A stretch of DNA of 64,000 bases from positions 1 through 64,000 of the forward strand of contig JAUCBJ010007674.1 in the NCBI GenBank assembly GCA_032718475.1. The letters are read 5' to 3'. The stretch is from Nemertoderma westbladi. Taxonomy: Eukaryota; Animalia; Xenacoelomorpha. Both the position numbers and the translations under genes were made by a program. Positions 22,901 through 37,900 of this stretch are shown here, in pieces (the first letter of the stretch is position 1; the number at the start of each line of letters is the position of its first letter). The notes below the pieces were generated by a model that ran no database searches, was not told the DNA's origin, and saw only the letters and a list, made by a program, of their open reading frames with translations.

Positions 22901-25900
22901 TAGTAGTAGATAACAATAGGAGTGTCAAACACAGACACTGTGGTAGTAGTAGACAACAATAGGAGTGTCAAACACAGACACTGTGGTAGTAGTAGATAAC
23001 AATAGGAGTGTCAAACACAGACACTGAGGTAGTAGTAGATAACAATAGGAGTGTCAAACACAGACACTGGGGTAGTAGTAGACAACAATAGGAGTGAAAA
23101 CACAGACACTGGGGTAGTAGTAGATAACAATAGGAGTGTCAAACACAGACACTGAGGTAGTATTAGATAACAATAGGAGTATCAAACACAGACACTGGGG
23201 TAGTAGTAGATAACAATAGGAGTGTCAAACACAGACATTGGGGTAGTAGTAGATAACAATAGGAGTGTCAAACACAAACACTGGGGTAGTAGTAGATAAC
23301 AATAGGAGTGTCAAACACAGACACTGGGGTAGTAGTAGACAACAATAGGAGTGTCAAACACAGACACTGTGGTAGTAGTAGATAACAATAGGAGTGTCAA
23401 ACACAGACACTGAGGTAGTAGTAGATAACAATAGGAGTGTCAAACACAGACACTGTGGTAGTAGTAGACAACAATAGGAGTGTCAAACACAGACACTGGG
23501 GTAGTAGTAGATAACAATAGGAGTGTCAAACACAGACACTGTGGTAGTAGTAGATAACAATAGGAGTGTCAAACACAGACACTGAGGTAGTAGTAGATAA
23601 CAATAGGAGTGTCAAACACAGACACTGTGGTAGTAGTAGATAACAATAGGAGTGTCAAACACAGACATTGGGGTAGTAGTAGACAACAATAGGAGTGTCA
23701 AACACAGACACTGGGGTAGTAGTAGATAACAATAGGAGTGTCAAACACAGACACTGTGGTAGTAGTAGATAACAATAGGAGTGTCAAACACAGACACTGT
23801 GGTAGTAGTAGATAACAATAGGAGTGTCAAACACAGACACTGAGGTAGTAGTAGATAACAATAGGAGTGTCAAACACAGACACTGTGGTAGTAGTAGATA
23901 ACAATAGGAGTGTCAAACACAGACATTGGGGTAGTAGTAGACAACAATAGGAGTGTCAAACACAGACACTGGGGTAGTAGTAGATAACAATAGGAGTGTC
24001 AAACACAGACACTGTGGTAGTAGTAGACAACAATAGGAGTGTCAAACACAGACACTGGGGTAGTAGTAGATAACAATAGGAGTGTCAAACACAGACACTG
24101 TGGTAGTAGTAGATAACAATAGGAGTGTCAAACACAGACACTGAGGTAGTAGTAGATAACAATAGGAGTGTCAAACACAGACACTGTGGTAGTAGTAGAT
24201 AACAATAGGAGTGTCAAACACAGACATTGGGGTAGTAGTAGACAACAATAGGAGTGTCAAACACAGACACTGGGGTAGTAGTAGATAACAATAGGAGTGT
24301 CAAACACAGACACTGTGGTAGTAGTAGATAACAATAGGAGTGTCAAACACAGACACTGAGGTAGTAGTAGATAACAATAGGAGTGTCAAACACAGACACT
24401 GTGGTAGTAGTAGATAACAATAGGAGTGTCAAACACAGACATTGGGGTAGTAGTAGACAACAATAGGAGTGTCAAACACAGACATTGGGGTAGTAGTAGA
24501 CAACAATAGGAGTGTCAAACACAGACACTGAGGTAGTAGTAGACAACAATAGGAGTGTCAAACACAGACACTGAGGTAGTAGTAGATAACAATAGGAGTG
24601 TCAAACACAGACACTGGGGTAGTAGTAGATAACAATAGGAGTGTCAAACACAGACACTGTGGTAGTAGTAGACAACAATAGGAGTGTCAAACACAGACAC
24701 TGGGGTAGTAGTAGACAACAATAGGAGTGAAAACACAGACACTGAGGTAGTAGTAGATAACAATAGGAGTGTCAAACACAGACACTGGGGTAGTAGTAGA
24801 TAACAATAGGAGTGTCAAACACAGACACTGTGGTAGTAGTAGACAACAATAGGAGTGTCAAACACAGACACTGGGGTAGTAGTAGATAACAATAGGAGTG
24901 TCAAACACAGACACTGAGGTAGTAGTAGATAACAATAGGAGTGTCAAACACAGACACTGAGGTAGTAGTAGATAACAATAGGAGTGTCAAACACAGACAC
25001 TGGGGTAGTAGTAGACAACAATAGGAGTGTCAAACACAGACACTGGGGTAGTAGTAGATAACAATAGGAGTGTCAAACACAGACACTGTGGTAGTAGTAG
25101 ATAACAATAGGAGTGTCAAACACAGACACTGAGGTAGTAGTAGATAACAATAGGAGTGTCAAACACAGACACTGGGGTAGTAGTAGACAACAATAGGAGT
25201 GTCAAACACAGACACTGGGGTAGTAGTAGATAACAATAGGAGTGTCAAACACAGACACTGGGGTAGTAGTAGACAACAATAGGAGTGTCAAACACAGACA
25301 CTGAGGTAGTAGTAGATAACAATAGGAGTGTCAAACACAGACACTGTGGTAGTAGTAGATAACAATAGGAGTGTCAAACACAGACACTGAGGTAGTAGTA
25401 GATAACAATAGGAGTGTCAAACACAGACATTGGGGTAGTAGTAGACAACAATATGAGTGAAAACACAGACACTGGGGTAGTAGTAGATAACAATAGGAGT
25501 GTCAAACACAGACACTGTGGTAGTAGTAGATAACAATAGGAGTGTCAAACACAGACACTGAGGTAGTAGTAGATAACAATAGGAGTGTCAAACACAGACA
25601 CTGGGGTAGTAGTAGATAACAATAGGAGTGTCAAACACAGACACTGTGGTAGTAGTAGATAACAATAGGAGTGTCAAACACAGACACTGAGGTAGTAGTA
25701 GATAACAATAGGAGTGTCAAACACAGACATTGGGGTAGTAGTAGACAACAATAGGAGTGAAAACACAGACACTGAGGTAGTAGTAGACAACAATAGGAGT
25801 GTCAAACACAGACACTGTGGTAGTAGTAGACAACAATAGGAGTGTCAAACACAGACACTGAGGTAGTAGTAGATAACAATAGGAGTGTCAAACACAGACA

Positions 25901-28900
25901 CTGGGGTAGTAGTAGATAACAATAGGAGTGTCAAACACAGACACTGTGGTAGTAGTAGATAACAATAGGAGTGTCAAACACAGACACTGAGGTAGTAGTA
26001 GACAACAATAGGAGTGTCAAACACAGACACTGGGGTAGTAGTAGATAACAATAGGAGTGTCAAACACAGACACTGAGGTAGTAGTAGACAACAATAGGAG
26101 TGTCAAACACAGACACTGGGGTAGTAGTAGACAACAATAGGAGTGTCAAACACAGACACTGGGGTAGTAGTAGACAACAATAGGAGTGAAAACACAGACA
26201 TTGGGGTAGTAGTAGACAACAATAGGAGTGTCAAACACAGACACTGAGGTAGTAGTAGACAACAATAGGAGTGAAAACACAGACACTGAGGTAGTAGTAG
26301 ATAACAATAGGAGTGTCAAACACAGACACTGTGGTAGTAGTAGACAACAATAGGAGTGTCAAACACAGACACTGGGGTAGTAGTAGACAACAATAGGAGT
26401 GAAAACACAGACATTGGGGTAGTAGTAGACAACAATAGGAGTGTCAAACACAGACACTGAGGTAGTAGTAGACAACAATAGGAGTGTCAAACACAGACAC
26501 TGGGGTAGTAGTAGACAACAATAGGAGTGTCAAACACAGACACTGGGGTAGTAGTAGACAACAATAGGAGTGAAAACACAGACATTGGGGTAGTAGTAGA
26601 CAACAATAGGAGTGTCAAACACAGACACTGAGGTAGTAGTAGACAACAATAGGAGTGAAAACACAGACACTGAGGTAGTAGTAGACAACAATAGGAGTGA
26701 AAACACAGACACTGTGGTAGTAGTAGATAACAATAGGAGTGTCAAACACAGACACTGTGGTAGTAGTAGACAACAATAGGAGTGAAAACACAGACACTGA
26801 GGTAGTAGTAGACAACAATAGGAGTGTCAAACACAGACACTGGGGTAGTAGTAGATAACAATAGGAGTGTCAAACACAGACACTGAGGTAGTAGTAGATA
26901 ACAATAGGAGTGAAAACACAGACACTGAGGTAGTAGTAGACAACAATAGGAGTGAAAACACAGACACTGAGGTAGTAGTAGATAACAATAGGAGTGTCAA
27001 ACACAGACACTGTGGTAGTAGTAGACAACAATAGGAGTGAAAACACAGACACTGAGGTAGTAGTAGATAACAATAGGAGTGTCAAACACAGACACTGTGG
27101 TAGTAGTAGATAACAATAGGAGTGTCAAACACAGACACTGAGGTAGTAGTAGATAACAATAGGAGTGTCAAACACAGACACTGGGGTAGTAGTAGACAAC
27201 AATAGGAATGAAAACACAGACACTGAGGTAGTAGTAGATAACAATAGGAGTGAAAACACAGACACTGAGGTAGTAGTAGACAACAATAGGAGTGTCAAAC
27301 ACAGACACTGAGGTAGTAGTAGATAACAATAGGAGTGTCAAACACAGACACTGAGGTAGTAGTAGACAACAATAGGAGTGTCAAACACAGACACTGGGGT
27401 AGTAGTAGATAACAATAGGAGTGTCAAACACAGACACTGTGGTAGTAGTAGATAACAATAGGTGTGTCAAACACAGACACTGAGGTAGTAGTAGATAACA
27501 ATAGGAGTGTCAAACACAGACATTGGGGTAGTAGTAGACAACAATAGGAGTGAAAACACAGACACTGAGGTAGTAGTAGACAACAATAGGAGTGTCAAAC
27601 ACAGACACTGAGGTAGTAGTAGATAACAATAGGAGTGTCAAACACAGACACTGAGGTAGTAGTAGACAATAATAGGAGTGTCAAACACAGACATTGGGGT
27701 AGTAGTAGACAACAATAGGAGTGTCAAACACAGACACTGAGGTAGTAGTAGATAACAATAGGAGTGTCAAACACAGACACTGAGGTAGTAGTAGACAATA
27801 ATAGGAGTGTCAAACACAGACATTGGGGTAGTAGTAGACAACAATAGGAGTGTCAAACACAGACACTGAGGTAGTAGTAGACAACAATAGGAGTGTCAAA
27901 CACAGACACTGGGGTAGTAGTAGATAACAATAGGAGTGTCAAACACAGACACTGGGGTAGTAGTAGACAACAATAGGAGTGTCAAACACAGACACTGGGG
28001 TAGTAGTAGATAACAATAGGAGTGTCAAACACAGACACTGAGGTAGTAGTAGATAACAATAGGAGTGTCAAACACAGACACTGAGGTAGTAGTAGATAAC
28101 AATAGGAGTGTCAAACACAGACACTGAGGTAGTAGTAGATAACAATAGGAGTGTCAAACACAGACACTGAGGTAGTAGTAGACAATAATAGGAGTGTCAA
28201 ACACAGACATTGGGGTAGTAGTAGACAACAATAGGAGTGTCAAACACAGACACTGGGGTAGTAGTAGACAACAATAGGAGTGTCAAACACAGACACTGGG
28301 GTAGTAGTAGACAACAATAGGAGTGAAAACACAGACACTGAGGTAGTAGTAGATAACAATAGGAGTGTCAAACACAGACACTGTGGTAGTAGTAGATAAC
28401 AATAGGAGTGTCAAACACAGACACTGAGGTAGTAGTAGATAACAATAGGAGTGTCAAACACAGACACTGAGGTAGTAGTAGATAACAATAGGAGTGTCAA
28501 ACACAGACACTGTGGTAGTAGTAGATAACAATAGGAGTGTCAAACACAGACACTGAGGTAGTAGTAGATAACAATAGGAGTGTCAAACACAGACACTGAG
28601 GTAGTAGTAGACAACAATAGGAGTGTCAAACACAGACACTGAGGTAGTAGTAGATAACAATAGGAGTGTCAAACACAGACACTGAGGTAGTAGTAGACAA
28701 TAATAGGAGTGTCAAACACAGACATTGGGGTAGTAGTAGACAACAATAGGAGTGTCAAACACAGACACTGAGGTAGTAGTAGACAACAATAGGAGTGTCA
28801 AACACAGACACTGAGGTAGTAGTAGATAACAATAGGAGTGTCAAACACAGACACTGAGGTAGTAGTAGATAACAATAGGAGTGTCAAACACAGACACTGT

Positions 28901-31900
28901 GGTAGTAGTAGATAACAATAGGAGTGTCAAACACAGACACTGAGGTAGTAGTAGATAACAATAGGAGTGTCAAACACAGACACTGAGGTAGTAGTAGACA
29001 ACAATGGGAGTGTCAAACACAGACACTGAGGTAGTAGTAGATAACAATAGGAGTGTCAAACACAGACACTGAGGTAGTAGTAGACAATAATAGGAGTGTC
29101 AAACACAGACATTGGGGTAGTAGTAGACAACAATAGGAGTGTCAAACACAGACACTGAGGTAGTAGTAGACAACAATAGGAGTGTCAAACACAGACACTG
29201 AGGTAGTAGTAGATAACAATAGGAGTGTCAAACACAGACACTGAGGTAGTAGTAGACAATAATAGGAGTGTCAAACACAGACATTGGGGTAGTAGTAGAC
29301 AACAATAGGAGTGTCAAACACAGACACTGGGGTAGTAGTAGACAACAATAGGAGTGTCAAACACAGACACTGGGGTAGTAGTAGACAACAATAGGAGTGA
29401 AAACACAGACACTGAGGTAGTAGTAGATAACAATAGGAGTGTCAAACACAGACACTGTGGTAGTAGTAGATAACAATAGGAGTGTCAAACACAGACACTG
29501 AGGTAGTAGTAGATAACAATAGGAGTGTCAAACACAGACACTGAGGTAGTAGTAAACAACTATAGGAGTGTCAAACACAGACATTGGGGTAGTAGTAGAC
29601 AACAATAGGAGTGTCAAACACAGACATTGTGGTAGTAGTAGACAACAATAGGAGTGTCAAACACAGACACTGAGGTAGTAGTAGACAACAATAGGAGTGT
29701 CAAACACAGACACTGAGGTAGTAGTAGATAACAATAGGAGTGTCAAACACAGACACTGAGGTAGTAGTAGACAATAATAGGAGTGTCAAACACAGACATT
29801 GGGGTAGTAGTAGACAACAATAGGAGTGTCAAACACAGACACTGAGGTAGTAGTAGATAACAATAGGAGTGTCAAACACAGACACTGAGGTAGTAGTAGA
29901 CAACAATAGGAGTGTCAAACACAGACACTGAGGTAGTAGTAGACAACAATAGGAGTGTCAAACACAGACACTGAGGTAGTAGTAGACAACAATAGGAGTG
30001 TCAAACACAGACACTGAGGTAGTAGTAGACAACAATAGGAGTGAAAACACAGACACTGAGGTAGTAGTAGACAACAATAGGAGTGTCAAACACAGACACT
30101 GAGGTAGTAGTAGACAACAATAGGAGTGAAAACACAGACACTGAGGTAGTAGTAGACAACAATAGGAGTGTCAAACACAGACACTGAGGTAGTAGTAGAC
30201 AACAATAGGAGTGTCAAACACAGACACTGAGGTAGTAGTAGACAACAATAGGAGTGTCAAACACAGACACTGAGGTAGTAGTAGACAACAATAGGAGTGT
30301 CAAACACAGACACTGAGGTAGTAGTAGACAACAATAGGAGTGAAAACACAGACACTGAGGTAGTAGTAGACAACAATAGGAGTGTCAAACACAGACACTG
30401 AGGTAGTAGTAGACAACAATAGGAGTGTCAAACACAGACACTGAGGTAGTAGTAGATAACAATAGGAGTGTCAAACACAGACACTGAGGTAGTAGTAGAC
30501 AACAATAGGAGTGTCAAACACAGACACTGAGGTAGTAGTAGATAACAATAGGAGTGTCAAACACAGACACTGAGGTAGTAGTAGACAACAATAGGAGTGT
30601 CAAACACAGACACTGAGGTAGTAGTAGATAACAATAGGAGTGTCAAACACAGACACTGAGGTAGTAGTAGATAACAATAGGAGTGTCAAACACAGACACT
30701 GAGGTAGTAGTAGACAACAATAGGAGTGAAAACACAGACACTGAGGTAGTAGTAGACAACAATAGGAGTGTCAAACACAGACACTGGGGTAGTAGTAGAC
30801 AACAATAGGAGTGAAAACACAGACACTGGGGTAGTAGTAGATAACAATAGGAGTGTCAAACACAGAAACTGGGGTAGTAGTAGACAACAATAGGAGTGTC
30901 AAACACAGACACTGAGGTAGTAGTAGACAACAATAGGAGTGAAAACACAGACATTGGGGTAGTAGTAGACAACAATAGGAGTGTCAAACACAGACACTGA
31001 GGTAGTAGTAGACAACAATAGGAGTGAAAACACAGACATTGGGGTAGTAGTAGACAACAATAGGAGTGTCAAACACAGACACTGAGGTAGTAGTAGACAA
31101 CAATAGGAGTGTCAAACACAGACACTGAGGTAGTAGTAGACAACAATAGGAGTGAAAACACAGACACTGAGGTAGTAGTAGACAACAATAGGAGTGTCAA
31201 ACACAGACACTGAGGTAGTAGTAGACAACAATAGGAGTGTCAAACACAGACACTGAGGTAGTAGTAGATAACAATAGGAGTGTCAAACACAGACACTGAG
31301 GTAGTAGTAGACAACAATAGGAGTGTCAAACACAGACACTGAGGTAGTAGTAGACAACAATAGGAGTGAAAACACAGACACTGAGGTAGTAGTAGACAAC
31401 AATATGAGTGTCAAACACAGACACTGAGGTAGTAGTAGACAACAATAGGAGTGTCAAACACAGACACTGAGGTAGTAGTAGATAACAATAGGAGTGTCAA
31501 ACACAGACACTGAGGTAGTAGTAGATAACAATAGGAGTGTCAAACACAGACACTGAGGTAGTAGTAGACAACAATAGGAGTGAAAACACAGACACTGAGG
31601 TAGTAGTAGACAACAATAGGAGTGTCAAACACAGACACTGGGGTAGTAGTAGACAACAATAGGAGTGAAAACACAGACACTGAGGTAGTAGTAGACAACA
31701 ATAGGAGTGTCAAACACAGACACTGGGGTAGTAGTAGACAACAATAGGAGTGAAAACACAGACACTGGGGTAGTAGTAGATAACAATAGGAGTGTCAAAC
31801 ACAGAAACTGGGGTAGTAGTAGACAACAATAGGAGTGTCAAACACAGACACTGAGGTAGTAGTAGACAACAATAGGAGTGAAAACACAGACATTGGGGTA

Positions 31901-34900
31901 GTAGTAGACAACAATAGGAGTGTCAAACACAGACACTGAGGTAGTAGTAGACAACAATAGGAGTGAAAACACAGACATTGGGGTAGTAGTAGACAACAAT
32001 AGGAGTGTCAAACACAGACACTGAGGTACTAGTAGACAACAATAGGAGTGTCAAACACAGACACTGAGGTAGTAGTAGACAACAATAGGAGTGAAAACAC
32101 AGACACTGAGGTAGTAGTAGACAACAATAGGAGTGTCAAACACAGACACTGAGGTAGTAGTAGACAACAATAGGAGTGTCAAACACAGACACTGAGGTAG
32201 TAGTAGATAACAATAGGAGTGTCAAACACAGACACTGAGGTAGTAGTAGACAACAATAGGAGTGTCAAACACAGACACTGAGGTAGTAGTAGACAACAAT
32301 AGGAGTGAAAACACAGACACTGAGGTAGTAGTAGACAACAATAGGAGTGTCAAACACAGACACTGAGGTAGTAGTAGACAACAATAGGAGTGTCAAACAC
32401 AGACACTGAGGTAGTAGTAGATAACAATAGGAGTGTCAAACACAGACACTGAGGTAGTAGTAGATAACAATAGGAGTGTCAAACACAGACACTGAGGTAG
32501 TAGTAGACAACAATAGGAGTGAAAACACAGACACTGAGGTAGTAGTAGACAACAATAGGAGTGTCAAACACAGACACTGGGGTAGTAGTAGACAACAATA
32601 GGAGTGAAAACACAGACACTGGGGTAGTAGTAGATAACAATAGGAGTGTCAAACACAGAAACTGGGGTAGTAGTAGACAACAATAGGAGTGTCAAACACA
32701 GACACTGGGGTAGTAGTAGATAACAATAGGAGTGTCAAACACAGACACTGAGGTAGTAGTAGATAACAATAGGAGTGTCAAACACAGACACTGAGGTAGT
32801 AGTAGACAACAATAGGAGTGTCAAACACAGACACTGGGGTAGTAGTAGACAACAATAGGAGTGAAAACACAGACACTGAGGTAGTAGTAGACAACAATAG
32901 GAGTGTCAAACACAGACACTGGGGTAGTAGTAGACAACAATAGGAGTGTCAAACACAGACACTGAGGCAGTAGTAGACAACAATAGGAGTGAAAACACAG
33001 ACACTGTGGTAGTAGTAGATAACAATAGGAGTGTCAAACACAGACACTGAGGTAGTAGTAGACAACAATAGGAGTGTCAAACACAGACACTGGGGTAGTA
33101 GTAGACAACAATAGGAGTGAAAACACAGACACTGAGGTAGTAGTAGACAACAATAGGAGTGAAAACACAGACACTGAGGTAGTAGTAGACAACAATAGGA
33201 GTGTCAAACACAGACACTGGGGTAGTAGTAGACAACAATAGGAGTGAAAACACAGACACTGGGGTAGTAGTAGACAACAATAGGAGTGTCAAACACAGAC
33301 ACTGAGGTAGTAGTAGATAACAATAGGAGTGTCAAACACAGACACTGGGGTAGTAGTAGACAACAATAGGAGTGAAAACACAGACACTGGGGTAGTAGTA
33401 GACAACAATAGGAGTGTCAAACACAGACACTGAGGTAGTAGTAGACAACAATAGGAGTGAAAACACAGACACTGGGGTAGTAGTAGACAACAATAGGAGT
33501 GTCAAACACAGACACTGGGGTAGTAGTAGACAACAATAGGAGTGTCAAACACAGACACTGAGGTAGTAGTAGATAACAATAGGAGCGTCAAACACAGACA
33601 CTGGGGTAGTAGTAGACGACAATAGGAGTGAAAACACAGACACTGGGGTAGTAGTAGACAACAATAGGAGTGTCAAACACAGACACTGAGGTAGTAGTAG
33701 ACAACAATAGGAGTGAAAACACAGACACTGGGGTAGTAGTAGACAACAATAGGAGTGTCAAACACAGACACTGAGGTAGTAGTAGATAACAATAGGAGTG
33801 TCAAACACAGACACTGGGGTAGTAGTAGACAACAATAGGAGTGAAAACACAGACACTGGGGTAGTAGTAGACAACAATAGGAGTGTCAAACACAGACACT
33901 GAGGTAGTAGTAGATAACAATAGGAGTGTCAAACACAGACACTGAGGTAGTAGTAGACAACAATAGGAGTGTCAAACACAGACACTGTGGTAGTAGTAGA
34001 TAACAATAGGAGTGTCAAACACAGACACTGAGGTAGTAGTAGACAACAATAGGAGTGAAAACACAGACACTGGGGTAGTAGTAGACAACAATAGGAGTGT
34101 CAAACACAGACACTGGGGTAGTAGTAGACAACAATAGGAGTGAAAACACAGACACTGAGGTAGTAGTAGATAACAATAGGAGTGTCAAACACAGACACTG
34201 GGGTAGTAGTAGACAACAATAGGAGTGAAAACACAGACACTGGGGTAGTAGTAGACAACAATAGGAGTGTCAAACACAGACACTGAGGTAGTAGTAGACA
34301 ACAATAGGAGTGAAAACACAGACACTGGGGTAGTAGTAGACAACAATAGGAGTGTCAAACACAGACACTGAGGTAGTAGTAGATAACAATAGGAGTGTCA
34401 AACACAGACACTGGGGTAGTAGTAGACAACAATAGGAGTGTCAAACACAGACACTGGGGTAGTAGTAGATAACAATAGGAGTGTCAAACACAGACACTGG
34501 GGTAGTAGTAGACAACAATAGGAGTGTCAAACACAGACACTTAGGTAGTAGTAGACAACAATAGGAGTGTCAAACACAGACACTGAGGTAGTAGTAGACA
34601 ACAATAGGAGTGAAAACACAGACACTGGGGTAGTAGTAGACAACAATAGGAGTGTCAAACACAGACACTGGGGTAGTAGTAGACAACAATAGGAGTGTCA
34701 AACACAGACACTGAGGTAGTAGTAGATAACAATAGGAGCGTCAAACACAGACACTGGGGTAGTAGTAGACAACAATAGGAGTGAAAACACAGACATTGGG
34801 GTAGTAGTAGACAACAATAGGAGTGTCAAACACAGACACTGAGGTAGTAGTAGACAACAATAGGAGTGTCAAACACAGACACTGAGGTAGTAGTAGACAA

Positions 34901-37900
34901 CAATAGGAGTGAAAACACAGACACTGAGGTAGTAGTAGACAACAATAGGAGTGTCAAACACAGACACTGAGGTAGTAGTAGACAACAATAGGAGTGTCAA
35001 ACACAGACACTGAGGTAGTAGTAGATAACAATAGGAGTGTCAAACACAGACACTGAGGTAGTAGTAGACAACAATAGGAGTGTCAAACACAGACACTGAG
35101 GTAGTAGTAGACAACAATAGGAGTGAAAACACAGACACTGAGGTAGTAGTAGACAACAATAGGAGTGTCAAACACAGACACTGAGGTAGTAGTAGACAAC
35201 AATAGGAGTGTCAAACACAGACACTGAGGTAGTAGTAGATAACAATAGGAGTGTCAAACACAGACACTGAGGTAGTAGTAGACAACAATAGGAGTGTCAA
35301 ACACAGACACTGAGGTAGTAGTAGACAACAATAGGAGTGAAAACACAGACACTGAGGTAGTAGTAGACAACAATAGGAGTGTCAAACACAGACACTGGGG
35401 TAGTAGTAGACAACAATAGGAGTGAAAACACAGACACTGGGGTAGTAGTAGACAACAATAGGAGTGTCAAACACAGACACTGAGGTAGTAGTAGACAACA
35501 ATAGGAGTGCAAACACAGACACTGAGGTAGTAGTAGACAACAATAGGAGTGTCAAACACAGACACTGAGGTAGTAGTAGACAACAATAGGAGTGTCAAAC
35601 ACAGACACTGGGGTAGTAGTAGACAACAATAGGAGTGAAAACACAGACACTGAGGTAGTAGTAGACAACAATAGGAGTGTCAAACACAGACACTGGGGTA
35701 GTAGTAGACAACAATAGGAGTGAAAACACAGACACTGGGGTAGTAGTAGACAACAATAGGAGTGTCAAACACAGACACTGAGGTAGTAGTAGACAACAAT
35801 AGGAGTGTCAAACACAGACACTGAGGTAGTAGTAGACAACAATAGGAGTGAAAACACAGACACTGGGGTAGTAGTAGACAACAATAGGAGTGTCAAACAC
35901 AGACACTGGGGTAGTAGTAGACAACAATAGGAGTGAAAACACAGACACTGAGGTAGTAGTAGACAACAATAGGAGTGAAAACACAGACACTGAGGTAGTA
36001 GTAGACAACAATAGGAGTGTCAAACACAGACACTGGGGTAGTAGTAGACAACAATAGGAGTGAAAACACAGACACTGGGGTAGTAGTAGACAACAATAGG
36101 AGTGTCAAACACAGACACTGAGGTAGTAGTAGATAACAATAGGAGTGTCAAACACAGACACTGGGGTAGTAGTAGACAACAATAGGAGTGAAAACACAGA
36201 CACTGGGGTAGTAGTAGACAACAATAGGAGTGTCAAACACAGACACTGAGGTAGTAGTAGACAACAATAGGAGTGAAAACACAGACACTGGGGTAGTAGT
36301 AGACAACAATAGGAGTGTCAAACACAGACACTGGGGTAGTAGTAGACAACAATAGGAGTGTCAAACACAGACACTGAGGTAGTAGTAGATAACAATAGGA
36401 GCGTCAAACACAGACACTGGGGTAGTAGTAGACAACAATAGGAGTGAAAACACAGACACTGGGGTAGTAGTAGACAACAATATGAGTGTCAAACACAGAC
36501 GCCGAGGTAGTAGTAGATAACAATAGGAGTGTCAAACACAGACACTGGGGTAGTAGTAGACAACAATAGGAGTGTCAAACACAGACACTGAGGTAGTAGT
36601 AGACAACAATAGGAGTGTCAAACACAGACACTGGGGTAGTAGTAGACAACAATAGGAGTGTCAAACACAGACACTGAGGTAGTAGTAGACAACAATAGGA
36701 GTGAAAACACAGACACTGGGGTAGTAGTAGACAACAATAGGAGTGAAAACACAGACACTGGGGTAGTAGTAGACAACAATAGGAGTGTCAAACACAGACA
36801 CTGAGGTAGTAGTAGATAACAATAGGAGTGTCAAACACAGACACTGGGGTAGTAGTAGACAACAATAGGAGTGAAAACACAGACACTGGGGTAGTAGTAG
36901 ACAACAATAGGAGTGTCAAACACAGACACTGAGGTAGTAGTAGACAACAATAGGAGTGAAAACACAGACACTGGGGTAGTAGTAGACAACAATAGGAGTG
37001 TCAAACACAGACACTGGGGTAGTAGTAGACAACAATAGGAGTGTCAAACACAGACACTGAGGTAGTAGTAGATAACAATAGGAGCGTCAAACACAGACAC
37101 TGGGGTAGTAGTAGACAACAATAGGAGTGAAAACACAGACACTGGGGTAGTAGTAGACAACAATAGGAGTGTCAAACACAGACACTGAGGTAGTAGTAGA
37201 CAACAATAGGAGTGAAAACACAGACACTGGGGTAGTAGTAGACAACAATAGGAGTGTCAAACACAGACACTGGGGTAGTAGTAGACAACAATAGGAGTGT
37301 CAAACACAGACACTGAGGTAGTAGTAGATAACAATAGGAGCGTCAAACACAGACACTGGGGTAGTAGTAGACAACAATAGGAGTGAAAACACAGACACTG
37401 GGGTAGTAGTAGACAACAATAGGAGTGTCAAACACAGACACTGAGGTAGTAGTAGACAACAATAGGAGTGAAAACACAGACACTGGGGTAGTAGTAGACA
37501 ACAATAGGAGTGAAAACACAGACACTGGGGTAGTAGTAGATAACAATAGGAGTGTCAAACACAGACACTGAGGTAGTAGTAGATAACAATAGGAGTGTCA
37601 AACACAGACACTGAGGTAGTAGTAGATAACAATAGGAGTGAAAACACAGACACTGGGGTAGTAGTAGACAACAATAGGAGTGTCAAACACAGACACTGAG
37701 GTAGTAGTAGACAACAATAGGAGTGTCAAACACAGACACTGAGGTAGTAGTAGATAACAATAGGAGTGTCAAACACAGACACTGGGGTAGTAGTAGACAA
37801 CAATAGGAGTGTCAAACACAGACACTGAGGTAGTAGTAGATAACAATAGGAGTGTCAAACACAGACACTGGGGTAGTAGTAGACAACAATAGGAGTGAAA